A stretch of DNA of 42,200 nt from Cryomorphaceae bacterium (GTDB lineage: Bacteria; Bacteroidota; Bacteroidia; Flavobacteriales; Schleiferiaceae), in contig JAYPCB010000004.1 of assembly GCA_038124525.1 (NCBI GenBank), positions 1 through 42,200 on the forward strand, written 5' to 3'. This document shows positions 7,135 to 15,623 of the stretch, piece by piece. The notes beneath the pieces were generated by a model that searched no databases, was not told the origin of the DNA, and was given only the letters and a program-made list of their open reading frames with translations. Each line of letters starts with the position of its first letter. The stretch's first letter is position 1. Position numbers and translations under genes: made by a program.

Positions 7135-8394
7135 ATGGATTCTAACGCTTTGATGCACCTTGAAGATACTTACGGCGCCCACAATTACCACCCGCTACCC
7201 GTTGTTTTAGACCGCGGCGAAGGCGTGCATGTATGGGACGTGGAAGGCAAAAAATACTTTGACTTTCTCTCTGCCTACAGTGCGGTGAATCAAGGCCATT
7301 GCCATCCGAAAATCGTCGGCGCCATGGTGGATCAAGCCAAACAATTGACCTTGACCTCGCGCGCTTTCTTCAACAGCCAGCTCGGGGTGTACGAGAAATA
7401 CATCTGCGACACTTTTGGTTTCGAGAAGGTACTACCCATGAATACTGGGGCAGAAGCTGTGGAAACGGCCTTGAAGATCGCCCGTAAATGGGGGTACGAG
7501 AAAAAAGGCGTGCCACAGAATCAAGGGGTTATTGTCGTGTGTGAAGGGAACTTCCACGGACGTACGACCACCATCATCTCTTTCAGTGACGATCCAGATG
7601 CGCGCAACAACTTCGGTCCGTATACCGGCGGTTTTGTGAGCGTACCGTATAATGATTTAGGCGCCTTAGGTTTCGCCTTGGCGAATGAAAATGTGGTCGG
7701 TTTCTTGGTTGAGCCTATCCAAGGTGAGGCTGGGGTCAATACTCCTGCAGATGATTTTGTTGCGAAAGCCAAAGCCATGTGTGAAGCACGCAACGTGCTC
7801 TTTATTGCCGATGAGGTTCAAACGGGGATTGCACGTACAGGGTCCTTGGTGGCCGTATGTGGAAATTGTTCTTGTGGCAACACCTGTGAGCGCGGGGAGA
7901 CCTACACAAAACCGGATCTTTTGATTTTAGGGAAGGCCTTATCGGGCGGGGTATATCCCGTGAGTGCGGTCTTGGCAGATAACGAAGTCATGGAGGTAAT
8001 CAAGCCCGGCCAGCACGGTTCTACCTTTGGTGGAAATCCTATTGCGGCAAAAGTGGCGATCGCAGCCCTTGAGGTGGTGAAAGAGGAGGGATTGGCCCCT
8101 CATGCACGCGCCATGGGCGAGCACTTCCGCGCTGAAATGAATAAAATCATCGGGGAAACCGACCTCGTAACTAAAGTGCGCGGTAAGGGTTTGTTGAACG
8201 CGATCATTATCAACGATACTCCCGATAGCTCAACGGCTTGGAATATCTGTGTGGCCTTGAAAGAAAACGGTCTTTTGGCGAAGCCTACGCACGGAAACAT
8301 TATCAGATTCGCTCCGCCACTAGTCATGACCAAAGCACAACTCGACGAGTGTATTGCCATCATCCGCAAGACCCTCTTGGAATTTAAGAAGTAA
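7135..8394 (+). CDS. rocD: Ornithine--oxo-acid aminotransferase
   Basis: Has YGAHNYHPLPVVL, SAYSAVNQGHCHPKI, DEVQTG, the PLP-lysine context GKALSGG, and HGSTFGGNP. An alternative TTG start lies at 7123. Confidence 0.9.
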   Translation: MDSNALMHLEDTYGAHNYHPLPVVLDRGEGVHVWDVEGKKYFDFLSAYSAVNQGHCHPKIVGAMVDQAKQLTLTSRAFFNSQLGVYEKYICDTFGFEKVLPMNTGAEAVETALKIARKWGYEKKGVPQNQGVIVVCEGNFHGRTTTIISFSDDPDARNNFGPYTGGFVSVPYNDLGALGFALANENVVGFLVEPIQGEAGVNTPADDFVAKAKAMCEARNVLFIADEVQTGIARTGSLVAVCGNCSCGNTCERGETYTKPDLLILGKALSGGVYPVSAVLADNEVMEVIKPGQHGSTFGGNPIAAKVAIAALEVVKEEGLAPHARAMGEHFRAEMNKIIGETDLVTKVRGKGLLNAIIINDTPDSSTAWNICVALKENGLLAKPTHGNIIRFAPPLVMTKAQLDECIAIIRKTLLEFKK

Positions 8395-9449
8395 TGAACT
8401 GGGCCACCGCCTTCTTCGCTGGGGACGAACATCCCGACCACCACAAGCCCCTCGACGGGTTGCGTGGACTGGCAGTGTTGATGGTGGTGTTCGGCCACGG
8501 CGCAAATCACGGCCTGGGCCCCTTCGGCCCCGATAGCATGATGATCCGCGGTAAGCTGGGCGTCTACCTCTTCTTTGTGTTGAGCGCCTACCTGCTCGAT
8601 CGCCAGATCATTAAAATGTTCCAGCAGGGCAGGGCGCAGTGGGATTACTGGCGCTATTATTTCAGCCGTCGCATCCTGCGCATCTTCCCGCTCTTCTTCC
8701 TCGCATTGGTCGTATTTCGTTTGGCCAATGCTGCCGGTCTTAAGGTGGTCATCCACAGTTGGGGCCAATTATGGGAGCATCTCGCCCTCCAGCGCGGCGA
8801 CCACATCTTCTGGTCCATCCCCGTCGAATTCAAATACTACCTCATCAGTCCCATTTTGCTCTACTTCTTCCACCGCGTCCTTCGCTGGAACCTTTGGGCG
8901 ATGGGCATCACGTTCGCCGCACTCTTCGTGGGCGTCTACCAATATTCCGTGCACTGGCAACCCGAAGGCACGAGTACCTTATTGTACTTAAACATCTTTT
9001 TGATGGGTACGCTGGTCGCGGTATTGGAACGATGTGTGCCTAATTTTTGGAACGCCCTCCGCACCTTCAAACCGGCCTCCTCCCTAGGCTGGTCTGTCAT
9101 TCTAGCCTTCAGCCTGTGGTCGTGGAAAATGGATGATTTTACCAGCATCAATACCTTCCTACCTGCCGCGGCCCTATGGTCCATCGCCCTTGCGGCTACC
9201 TTTGGTCCCGGATGGTGGGCATCGCTACTCTCAATCAAGCCCTTGCGTTGGGTGGGGAAGGTATCTTTTAGCATGTACCTCTTCCATATCCCCGTGTTGA
9301 TGTGGGTGAAAACTTGGGCCATACCTAGTGGTCCGCTATGGTTCATTTACCTCGGACTCACCGCACTGGTTTGTGCTGCTACTTTCCTGCTCGTCGAGCG
9401 CCCCCTACAACAATTCAAGCCGTTCACCTATGGACCAAAATCAGCGTAA
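8394..9449 (+). CDS. Acyltransferase family 3 (OafA-like) integral membrane protein
   Basis: Multi-pass hydrophobic protein with an N-terminal LDGLRGLAVLMVVFGH motif. Its ATG overlaps the rocD stop (TAATG). Confidence 0.8.
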   Translation: MNWATAFFAGDEHPDHHKPLDGLRGLAVLMVVFGHGANHGLGPFGPDSMMIRGKLGVYLFFVLSAYLLDRQIIKMFQQGRAQWDYWRYYFSRRILRIFPLFFLALVVFRLANAAGLKVVIHSWGQLWEHLALQRGDHIFWSIPVEFKYYLISPILLYFFHRVLRWNLWAMGITFAALFVGVYQYSVHWQPEGTSTLLYLNIFLMGTLVAVLERCVPNFWNALRTFKPASSLGWSVILAFSLWSWKMDDFTSINTFLPAAALWSIALAATFGPGWWASLLSIKPLRWVGKVSFSMYLFHIPVLMWVKTWAIPSGPLWFIYLGLTALVCAATFLLVERPLQQFKPFTYGPKSA

Positions 9450-10023
9450 AGAGCTCCTGATCAAAGCCATGTCCGAGGGCATGACCTACGAAGAATATGC
9501 TGCCTTCAACAAACAATTGGCCAAAGAAGGTAAAACCACCGGTCCACAGAAGGAAGCCTACGTAAACTACACCAAGCTGGGCGCTGCGCGCATGAAGCGA
9601 TGGGAGAAAATGTACACGCCGTCTGAAGCCTTTTTACAAACCCTTGCCGCCCGAGTGCAAGCCGGTGAGCAGTGGTTGGTGTTCAGCGAACCTTGGTGTG
9701 GCGATGCGGCTCACAACCTGCCGTTCATTGCAAAATGGACGAAGGCCTTGGGCATTGAGTTGCGGGTGATTTTACGCGACGAAAACTTGGCCTTGATGGA
9801 TGAGTTTTTGACAGGTGGCGGAAGATCTATTCCAAAACTGGTCCAATTATCTGCTGATTTCCAAATCCTAAACACCTGGGGCCCGCGTCCCGAACCCCTA
9901 ACAGAACATTACAATGCATGGCGCGCTAAGGAAGCATTCAATAAATCAGATTGGGTACTCTTTGCCCAAGATTGGTACAATACTGACAAGGGCAGGAGTT
10001 TGGAGGCAGAATTCTTAGCTTAA
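9430..10023 (+). CDS. Thioredoxin-like family protein
   Basis: Has a WCGDAAHNLP motif in a thioredoxin-fold-sized protein. I place the start at MDQNQRK, which overlaps the upstream gene by 20 nt. Confidence 0.65.
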   Translation: MDQNQRKELLIKAMSEGMTYEEYAAFNKQLAKEGKTTGPQKEAYVNYTKLGAARMKRWEKMYTPSEAFLQTLAARVQAGEQWLVFSEPWCGDAAHNLPFIAKWTKALGIELRVILRDENLALMDEFLTGGGRSIPKLVQLSADFQILNTWGPRPEPLTEHYNAWRAKEAFNKSDWVLFAQDWYNTDKGRSLEAEFLA

Positions 10024-10250
10024 GTGTTCTCCTTCAGGTTGAGGTACATCTTTTCAAACGTGGCGTAAACTTCCGCTAAGAAACCCTCCGTGAGGGCATC
10101 TTTAACATCGCCCACTGCGGGATGGCTATCTTTCATGAATTTGAAGCCTTGCTTCATTGGGCCCGCTTCAAACTCCACGTAATGCCAGCGTTCCATCGCG
10201 TAGATGGTCGTTTTAAACTGTTTGGTACTCCAAGATTCAACTATTCGCAT
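10020..10250 (-). CDS. Hypothetical 76-aa protein, the last gene of the M23/TBDR operon
   Basis: Its ATG lies 2 nt after the TBDR stop. I recognise no motif. Confidence 0.45.
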   Translation of the reverse strand: MRIVESWSTKQFKTTIYAMERWHYVEFEAGPMKQGFKFMKDSHPAVGDVKDALTEGFLAEVYATFEKMYLNLKENT

Positions 10251-10252
10251 GG

Positions 10253-12490
10253 CTAGAAATCCACGTGGACTTTAAGGTTCAACAATCGATTGGTCATGTA
10301 GTTCGGCACCGCATACTGCCCGGCAGCGCTGATGTCCTTGACCCAAAGGTAGCTCACTGTATTGCGCGCTTGCAATAGGTTGAAGATCTCTGCACTGATC
10401 CATACCTCTTCAAATTGCTGGGTCCAATTTCCTTTGAGCACCTTAATAAACCCTATATCCGCACGACGGTAAGGCGGGCTGCGGAAGAATCTATCTTCGG
10501 GCTGGGCAATCTCATTGCCTATGCCATCGGGACCAAAGGGAAAACCACCGCCAACCATCAAGGTCAAAGACAATCGGGTAGAGGGGTCGTTTGGTAAATA
10601 ATCTTGGAAATACACCGCAAAATTGAATCGCGTATCTGTAGGTCGGGCGTGCCAGCCCTGCACCAAGCTTGTGGTGCTGCGCTCCTGGGCGCGGAACAAG
10701 CTAAAGGTGAACCAACTGTCGGTGCCTTTCACAAACTCGCCATTGATTCGGGAATCGATCCCATAGACTCGAGCTAGCCCGTCATTGTTGCCTTGGTAGC
10801 GAATGCGCACATTCTCCACATCAAATAAATTCACGCGCTGCAACCCCTTGTAATACGTTTCCAAACTCCATACAAAGGGACGGTTCCACAGGTTGAAGTA
10901 GCGGTCTTGGCGTGCGATAAGGTGCAGGGCCTGCTGACTCTTTACCTCCGTATTTAGGGTGCCGTCCTTCAAACGCATTTCGCGGTAGAAGGGGTATTGG
11001 TCGTACAAGCCGGCGCTCAAGGTCCAGCGGTAATCGGCCAAAAGGCCACCCTCCGGGGTAAACTTCACATTCGCGCGTGGGCTGATGCGGACTTCATTCG
11101 ATAATTGGGCCCATTGCATTCTTGCACCCGCATTGTAGCGCCAAGTGCCTTTATCGACCACTTTAGTACCGCTCACATTCATCCAAGCCTTCGCTCTGGT
11201 ATTGATTAAGGTCTGTGTGGCAGCCACATGGCTATATAGTTCCAGACCTTCGGCAGGAGTGCTATACAATCTTCCGCTAATGACACTATCAACAGTGCTG
11301 CCGGTGTAGGGTAGGCTATATCCCGCGCTATCGATGCGTTCCCATTCCTTGTAGCGGTCGTAGATGTTTTCGCCCTGAACCAAGGCTCCGATACTTACAT
11401 CAAAGTTGTTAAAGCTGATGACCTCGTCGTACTTGAGATTGCCGATATAGGCGTCGAGGAAGTTGCGACGAAAATCTTGAAAGGCACCCACGCCACGCAC
11501 CAAGGTGATCTCGCCGAAATCGTCAGAGCCCAAGTCGTTGTTGAGCTCATTCAATCGGTAGTAGCCAATGACATCGGTAATCTCCACCTCCGTTGTGTGG
11601 AAACCTGTAGCGGAGAACGTGCGTACGCCACCGCCTGCGATACCGGTGATGGTGGTGTATTTGGTCGCTAGGAATTGGGTATCGTATCCGAACTGTTCCT
11701 TTCCATCGAAGTAGACGTTGAGTCGCAAGGCTTCCTGCAGAGACCCAAAGTTTGTTTGTCGATTCTGCGGAATTTGGTTCATTCGGTTGTGTGCAAAATG
11801 GGCAAAGAACTCCAGCCGTGCATGTCCGTAATCGCCTTCTTCATTTCCATACAGCCGGCTCAAAAACACCTGTCCATCTGCATTGACAGGGAAGTAGTCG
11901 CTTTGCACATCCGTGGCATTGAGTAGGAGGGCATTGTTGCGGTAGCGCAATCCAGTGGCCACGGTCCACGGGCCTGAATTTTGTTTCAAGGCCCAGCTTG
12001 CACCGGTCAGGGAAGTTTCCGCAGTCATTTCACGGAAGCCGGGTCCCCGTGGGTAGGAATAGTTCACATCTAAAACGGAACTGAGCTTATCGCCGTATAC
12101 CGAACTAAAGCCGCCGGCACTGAAGTTTATGCTGGTGACCAAATGGGGATGGATAATGCTCATCCCTTCTTGCTGACCGGCCCGTGCCAAGAACGGACGG
12201 AAGACCTCAAATCCATTGATGTAGACTAGATTCTCGTCGAAATTCCCGCCGCGCACATTGTATTGCGAGCTCATTTCGTTCCGAGAGCTCACCCCGGCAA
12301 AGGTCTTCACAACGCCTTCCACACCGCCTTCCGCGCCCGTGGTAAACCTAATGTCCTTGCCGTATACTGTGGTGCCTTTTTCGGCAGAGCGCTCGCTTTG
12401 GACCTCAACTTCATCCAAGAGGGTGGAGTCCATGACCTGCGCGGTGGCGGCCCATGGCAATAGCCCTAGGATGAGAAGAAATCTTTTCAA
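10253..12490 (-). CDS. TonB-dependent receptor (plug plus beta-barrel)
   Basis: Has a signal peptide, a TonB-box-like LLDEVEV, a plug region (YNVRGGNFDENLVYINGFEV...SVYGDKLSSVLDV) and a terminal aromatic residue (VHVDF). It uses a TTG start 1 nt after the upstream stop. Confidence 0.8.
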   Translation of the reverse strand: MKRFLLILGLLPWAATAQVMDSTLLDEVEVQSERSAEKGTTVYGKDIRFTTGAEGGVEGVVKTFAGVSSRNEMSSQYNVRGGNFDENLVYINGFEVFRPFLARAGQQEGMSIIHPHLVTSINFSAGGFSSVYGDKLSSVLDVNYSYPRGPGFREMTAETSLTGASWALKQNSGPWTVATGLRYRNNALLLNATDVQSDYFPVNADGQVFLSRLYGNEEGDYGHARLEFFAHFAHNRMNQIPQNRQTNFGSLQEALRLNVYFDGKEQFGYDTQFLATKYTTITGIAGGGVRTFSATGFHTTEVEITDVIGYYRLNELNNDLGSDDFGEITLVRGVGAFQDFRRNFLDAYIGNLKYDEVISFNNFDVSIGALVQGENIYDRYKEWERIDSAGYSLPYTGSTVDSVISGRLYSTPAEGLELYSHVAATQTLINTRAKAWMNVSGTKVVDKGTWRYNAGARMQWAQLSNEVRISPRANVKFTPEGGLLADYRWTLSAGLYDQYPFYREMRLKDGTLNTEVKSQQALHLIARQDRYFNLWNRPFVWSLETYYKGLQRVNLFDVENVRIRYQGNNDGLARVYGIDSRINGEFVKGTDSWFTFSLFRAQERSTTSLVQGWHARPTDTRFNFAVYFQDYLPNDPSTRLSLTLMVGGGFPFGPDGIGNEIAQPEDRFFRSPPYRRADIGFIKVLKGNWTQQFEEVWISAEIFNLLQARNTVSYLWVKDISAAGQYAVPNYMTNRLLNLKVHVDF

Positions 12491-12491
12491 G

Positions 12492-13124
12492 TTACTTGCG
12501 TTTCAGGCTTTGGAATAATTCGGTCCAAGCAAAGGGATTGGACAATGCGCCCAGAATTGCAGAGGCTCCGGAGCCGCCGTAGTAGCGACCTTGATTGTAG
12601 AGCTGCTGGTTCTGCATGGTGATTAAGTAATCTTGCATTTCTGCGGCATCATAGCCCATGGCTTGGGCACGCGCACGCAGTTCATCGAGGGCCAGGTTTC
12701 GCTGTGCAATATCTAGTTCTGTGGTTTGGATTTCCATCGCCAAGAACTCCTCTTTAAAGTTTTCCTTTGACGGCCAAGGGTAGACAATCACGGGGTCTAA
12801 TACCTCGGTGTCCCATTCTAGGATGATGCGCGCCAAAAAGTTGTCGCCCTCCAAGGTATCCGGTACCCAGAAACGGGTCAGCTTGAAGCCAATGTGTTGA
12901 AATAGCACTGTGTCGCCGGGCATTACAACGAGGGAAAAGAAGCCATCGCGGTCGCTCACGTTCATCTGTCCACGGCTTTTGACGAGGATTTGAACGTTTG
13001 GAAGTAATTGGACCAAACTATCATTGCTCACCACTACACCGTGCAGCTGAATAGGCTCTCTGCCTTGTGCTTGCGTAGTTAAGGCAGCTAAAAGGAATCC
13101 AAAAAGGAGGAATAATTTTCTCAT
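12492..13124 (-). CDS. CarboxypepD_reg-like domain protein, secreted
   Basis: Has the signal peptide MRKLFLLFGFLLAALTTQAQ. The stretch HGVVVS...VSDRDGFFSLVVMPGDTLFQHIGF-like resembles the regulatory domain normally fused to SusC-type receptors. Confidence 0.65.
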   Translation of the reverse strand: MRKLFLLFGFLLAALTTQAQGREPIQLHGVVVSNDSLVQLLPNVQILVKSRGQMNVSDRDGFFSLVVMPGDTVLFQHIGFKLTRFWVPDTLEGDNFLARIILEWDTEVLDPVIVYPWPSKENFKEEFLAMEIQTTELDIAQRNLALDELRARAQAMGYDAAEMQDYLITMQNQQLYNQGRYYGGSGASAILGALSNPFAWTELFQSLKRK

Positions 13125-14767
13125 AAAGTGATGCTGTATTCTTCCACCGCAGTATTGCCCACACCGTCAATGACAACCACCCGCAAATTATGGTTTCCGG
13201 CGGGGATATCCTTGGGAACAATCACTTTTAACAATTCCTGTTTATAATCAAAGTCGATGCGTACAAATTCCCCATCTATTCGGGCACTATAACGGTCGAC
13301 GCCTGTTTTGTCGTCTGTGGCACGAACAAGAAATTGTCGGAAGTTGCTGTTCGGACGGGCGGATGGCATACGACTTAAGATACTGATCGTCGGTTTTTGG
13401 AGGTCTTGGTCCAATTCGTAAGTCCCTGTACTCCGCGTTTCAAAAATCATCTTTTCGCCCTCTCTCTTCCCTGTGATCGCGCTCTTCTTGCCCTTGTGGT
13501 CGGCCTCCCAAAGGAACCAACCGACCCCAGGGATTTGGGCACTGTCTAAGGCCCAATTCAAAACCATGTAAGTCTGCAATGGCACATAACCGCCGCCAAT
13601 AACATATTGTCCATTGCCTTTATCGCTCATCACAAAATCGTAGGTCGTGTTGTATAAAGCGCCGGCTGGGATGGTAAACTGAATGGGACCCAAAGACAAT
13701 GAATGCGCCATATCCCAAGGAAGTACCGTCCGGTCCAACATCCCCTTCATCGGGCGCTGCGTTCCCTTCACATAAAAGGAAAAGGCATTGGTATTGCCCT
13801 CGAAATCCTTGATGTTCACGTCCACCTTTATCACGCTATCCTGAGCCACGGTAATCCATCCTTTCGAAGTGCGATAAGAAGGCTCCGCCATTTCATAGGT
13901 CGTGGTAAGGTCAAGAGGATTATTGTCCAATTCGTACAAACGCGTATACCTCACCCCTTGAGAACAGTACAAATCATAATTGATATGTGCGTTGATGAAT
14001 CTCGTCGTATTAAAATTGATGCGTCTGTAATGCGCTGTGAAAAAGTTGTTGCCATCCACAGCGGCTTCAATGGCATAGACACCGTTGTTGTTATTGGCCA
14101 GATCTTGCTTGTCCGTGGTGAATAGATCAATCCCCACGGCCATCTCCGCTGATATCGTATCGCCAGGTTTAAAAGCCCCGGTGGTGCTAAAATCTTGCCC
14201 GGTCCATCTCAATCCACGCATATCCGGCTTGCGAGTATCCTTGACCTTCAGCCCAAATTCCAAAGGATTCAAAGGCTCCTCAGTCCTTGTGTCTCGAATC
14301 TCAAAGTGCAGGTGTGGGCCGAAGGAACCGCCGGTGTTTCCAGAGAAAGCTACAAATTCACCTATAGAAACTGTGAATTGCTCGGCGCTTGGGTACAGAT
14401 TGCCATCGTTCTTGCTACGGTCGCGAAATTGATCCTCGACCCATTGCTCAATCTCTGGAGCAAAAGCGTTCAAATGACCGTACACAGAGGTATAACCTTC
14501 GGGGTGGCGAATGTAAAGTGCATTGCCATAACCGTATGGACTGACCGCAATTCGACTTACGTAGCCATCTGCCACAGCATAGACTTTCAATCCGCTGCGA
14601 CCTTGGGTCTTAATGTCGATGCCGCCGTGGAAGTGGTTGCCACGTAATTCGGCGAAAGTGCCGCTCAGCACAAGCGAAATGTCCAGTGGGGGCTGAGGTT
14701 CAAAGGTTTGGGCGTTCTGAACGAGGGGCGTTAAGAAAATCCCTAATAAGAGGATGAATTTCTGCAT
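13121..14767 (-). CDS. M23 (LytM-type) metallopeptidase with a roughly 380-aa C-terminal extension
   Basis: Has HFHGGIDI (HxxxD) and GNTGGSFGPHLHFEIR (HxH), plus a signal peptide. It overlaps the next gene by 4 nt. Confidence 0.85.
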   Translation of the reverse strand: MQKFILLLGIFLTPLVQNAQTFEPQPPLDISLVLSGTFAELRGNHFHGGIDIKTQGRSGLKVYAVADGYVSRIAVSPYGYGNALYIRHPEGYTSVYGHLNAFAPEIEQWVEDQFRDRSKNDGNLYPSAEQFTVSIGEFVAFSGNTGGSFGPHLHFEIRDTRTEEPLNPLEFGLKVKDTRKPDMRGLRWTGQDFSTTGAFKPGDTISAEMAVGIDLFTTDKQDLANNNNGVYAIEAAVDGNNFFTAHYRRINFNTTRFINAHINYDLYCSQGVRYTRLYELDNNPLDLTTTYEMAEPSYRTSKGWITVAQDSVIKVDVNIKDFEGNTNAFSFYVKGTQRPMKGMLDRTVLPWDMAHSLSLGPIQFTIPAGALYNTTYDFVMSDKGNGQYVIGGGYVPLQTYMVLNWALDSAQIPGVGWFLWEADHKGKKSAITGKREGEKMIFETRSTGTYELDQDLQKPTISILSRMPSARPNSNFRQFLVRATDDKTGVDRYSARIDGEFVRIDFDYKQELLKVIVPKDIPAGNHNLRVVVIDGVGNTAVEEYSITL

Positions 14768-14771
14768 GCCA

Positions 14772-14779
14772 CAAATCTA
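14772..14779 (-). promoter_or_regulatory. -7 box (TAgaTTTG) 4 nt upstream of the M23 ATG
   Basis: The minus strand reads TAGATTTG-tggc-ATG. Confidence 0.4.
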
Positions 14780-14788
14780 CAATTATGG

Positions 14789-14796
14789 TATCTTTG
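14789..14796 (+). promoter_or_regulatory. -7 box (TAtcTTTG) for the coiled-coil/zapA unit
   Basis: Exact motif 16 nt upstream of the ATG at 14813, divergent from the M23 promoter. Confidence 0.4.
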
Positions 14797-14812
14797 ATGG
14801 AAACTGATTTAC

Positions 14813-15109
14813 ATGTCAAGTGAATTTTCTGATACAGTACGTCGTGTGACCCACAAAGCCCAGAGATTGGCTGAGGTCAACAACGAGTTGCGTCAGAAAA
14901 TCAGTGAACTAGAAGAACAAGTGGATCATTTGCAGGAGACTTTGATGGCCTTGCAAGCGGAGCACGCGGACTTCGAGAATCAGTTGCAACAACGCGATCT
15001 AGCGCTAACAGTCCAAAGTGGTTCGCCCGCGCGGGACACCTACAGCGAAGAAAAGATTGCGGAGTTGGTGCGGGAAATTGACCGCTGCATGAAATTGTTA
15101 AGTGCCTAA
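14813..15109 (+). CDS. 98-aa coiled-coil protein, a possible ZapB-like partner of ZapA
   Basis: Heptad-like, Glu/Gln/Leu-rich sequence (LAEVNNELRQKISELEEQVDHLQETLMALQAEHADFENQLQQ). It ends 5 nt before zapA. Confidence 0.6.
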   Translation: MSSEFSDTVRRVTHKAQRLAEVNNELRQKISELEEQVDHLQETLMALQAEHADFENQLQQRDLALTVQSGSPARDTYSEEKIAELVREIDRCMKLLSA

Positions 15110-15114
15110 TCTCC

Positions 15115-15411
15115 GTGAGTGAGACGTTAAAAATAAAAGTGACCATTGCCAATAGGGTGTACCCGCTGACCGTGAAGACGGAAGAAGAGGAACAAATCCG
15201 AGCGGCCGTGAAAACCATAAACGACGCAGTAGCCAGATTCGAAAGCCGTTATGCTGTCCAAGACAAGCAGGATGTGCTCAGTATGTGTGCGCTACAACTC
15301 GCTTCCAAAACGGAAATCGCACTCAAACAATCTCAAGCCGTTCAATCCCAGGCCAGTGAAGCATTGGCCGACGTTGAAGCCGTACTTAATGCGGCTTTAC
15401 AAGGAGAATAA
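15115..15411 (+). CDS. zapA: Cell division protein ZapA
   Basis: LKIKVTIANRVYPLTVKTEEEEQIRAAVKTINDAV matches the ZapA N-terminal pattern. It has a GTG start and is 98 aa. Confidence 0.8.
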   Translation: MSETLKIKVTIANRVYPLTVKTEEEEQIRAAVKTINDAVARFESRYAVQDKQDVLSMCALQLASKTEIALKQSQAVQSQASEALADVEAVLNAALQGE

Positions 15412-15417
15412 CGTTTC

Positions 15418-15602
15418 CCGCACTTGCTATTTTTGTGCTAAACTCAACGAGCACGTTGTTATGTTGTTGACTCGCAGCGTTACGAGCAGGCCGCCATTCC
15501 TTTTAGGAAGAGCTCGCTCCAGCGGAAGGTCAAGACGAAGCGGCAGCGACAGATCCTGATATTTAGGAGTTTAGACAACATGCTAGCAGGTGCGGGTTTT
15601 TA
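15418..15602 (+). ncRNA. Candidate structured RNA, 6S-like (rod-shaped helix, large central loops, apical helix)
   Basis: Three helices form the rod: 13 bp (15418-15430 with 15585-15597), 4 bp (15434-15437 with 15576-15579) and 8 bp (15439-15446 with 15568-15575). A T5 run follows at 15598-15602. The region has no ORF and sits downstream of zapA, as ssrS does in E. coli. Confidence 0.5.
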
Positions 15603-15623
15603 ACAACTTTAACCCTACGTGGT

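Noticed and set aside
8100-8768. 222-aa minus-strand ORF spanning the rocD/acyltransferase junction
   Set aside because: It is antisense to two well-supported genes, has no recognisable motifs and has odd composition. It is a typical shadow ORF opposite GC-rich coding sequence.
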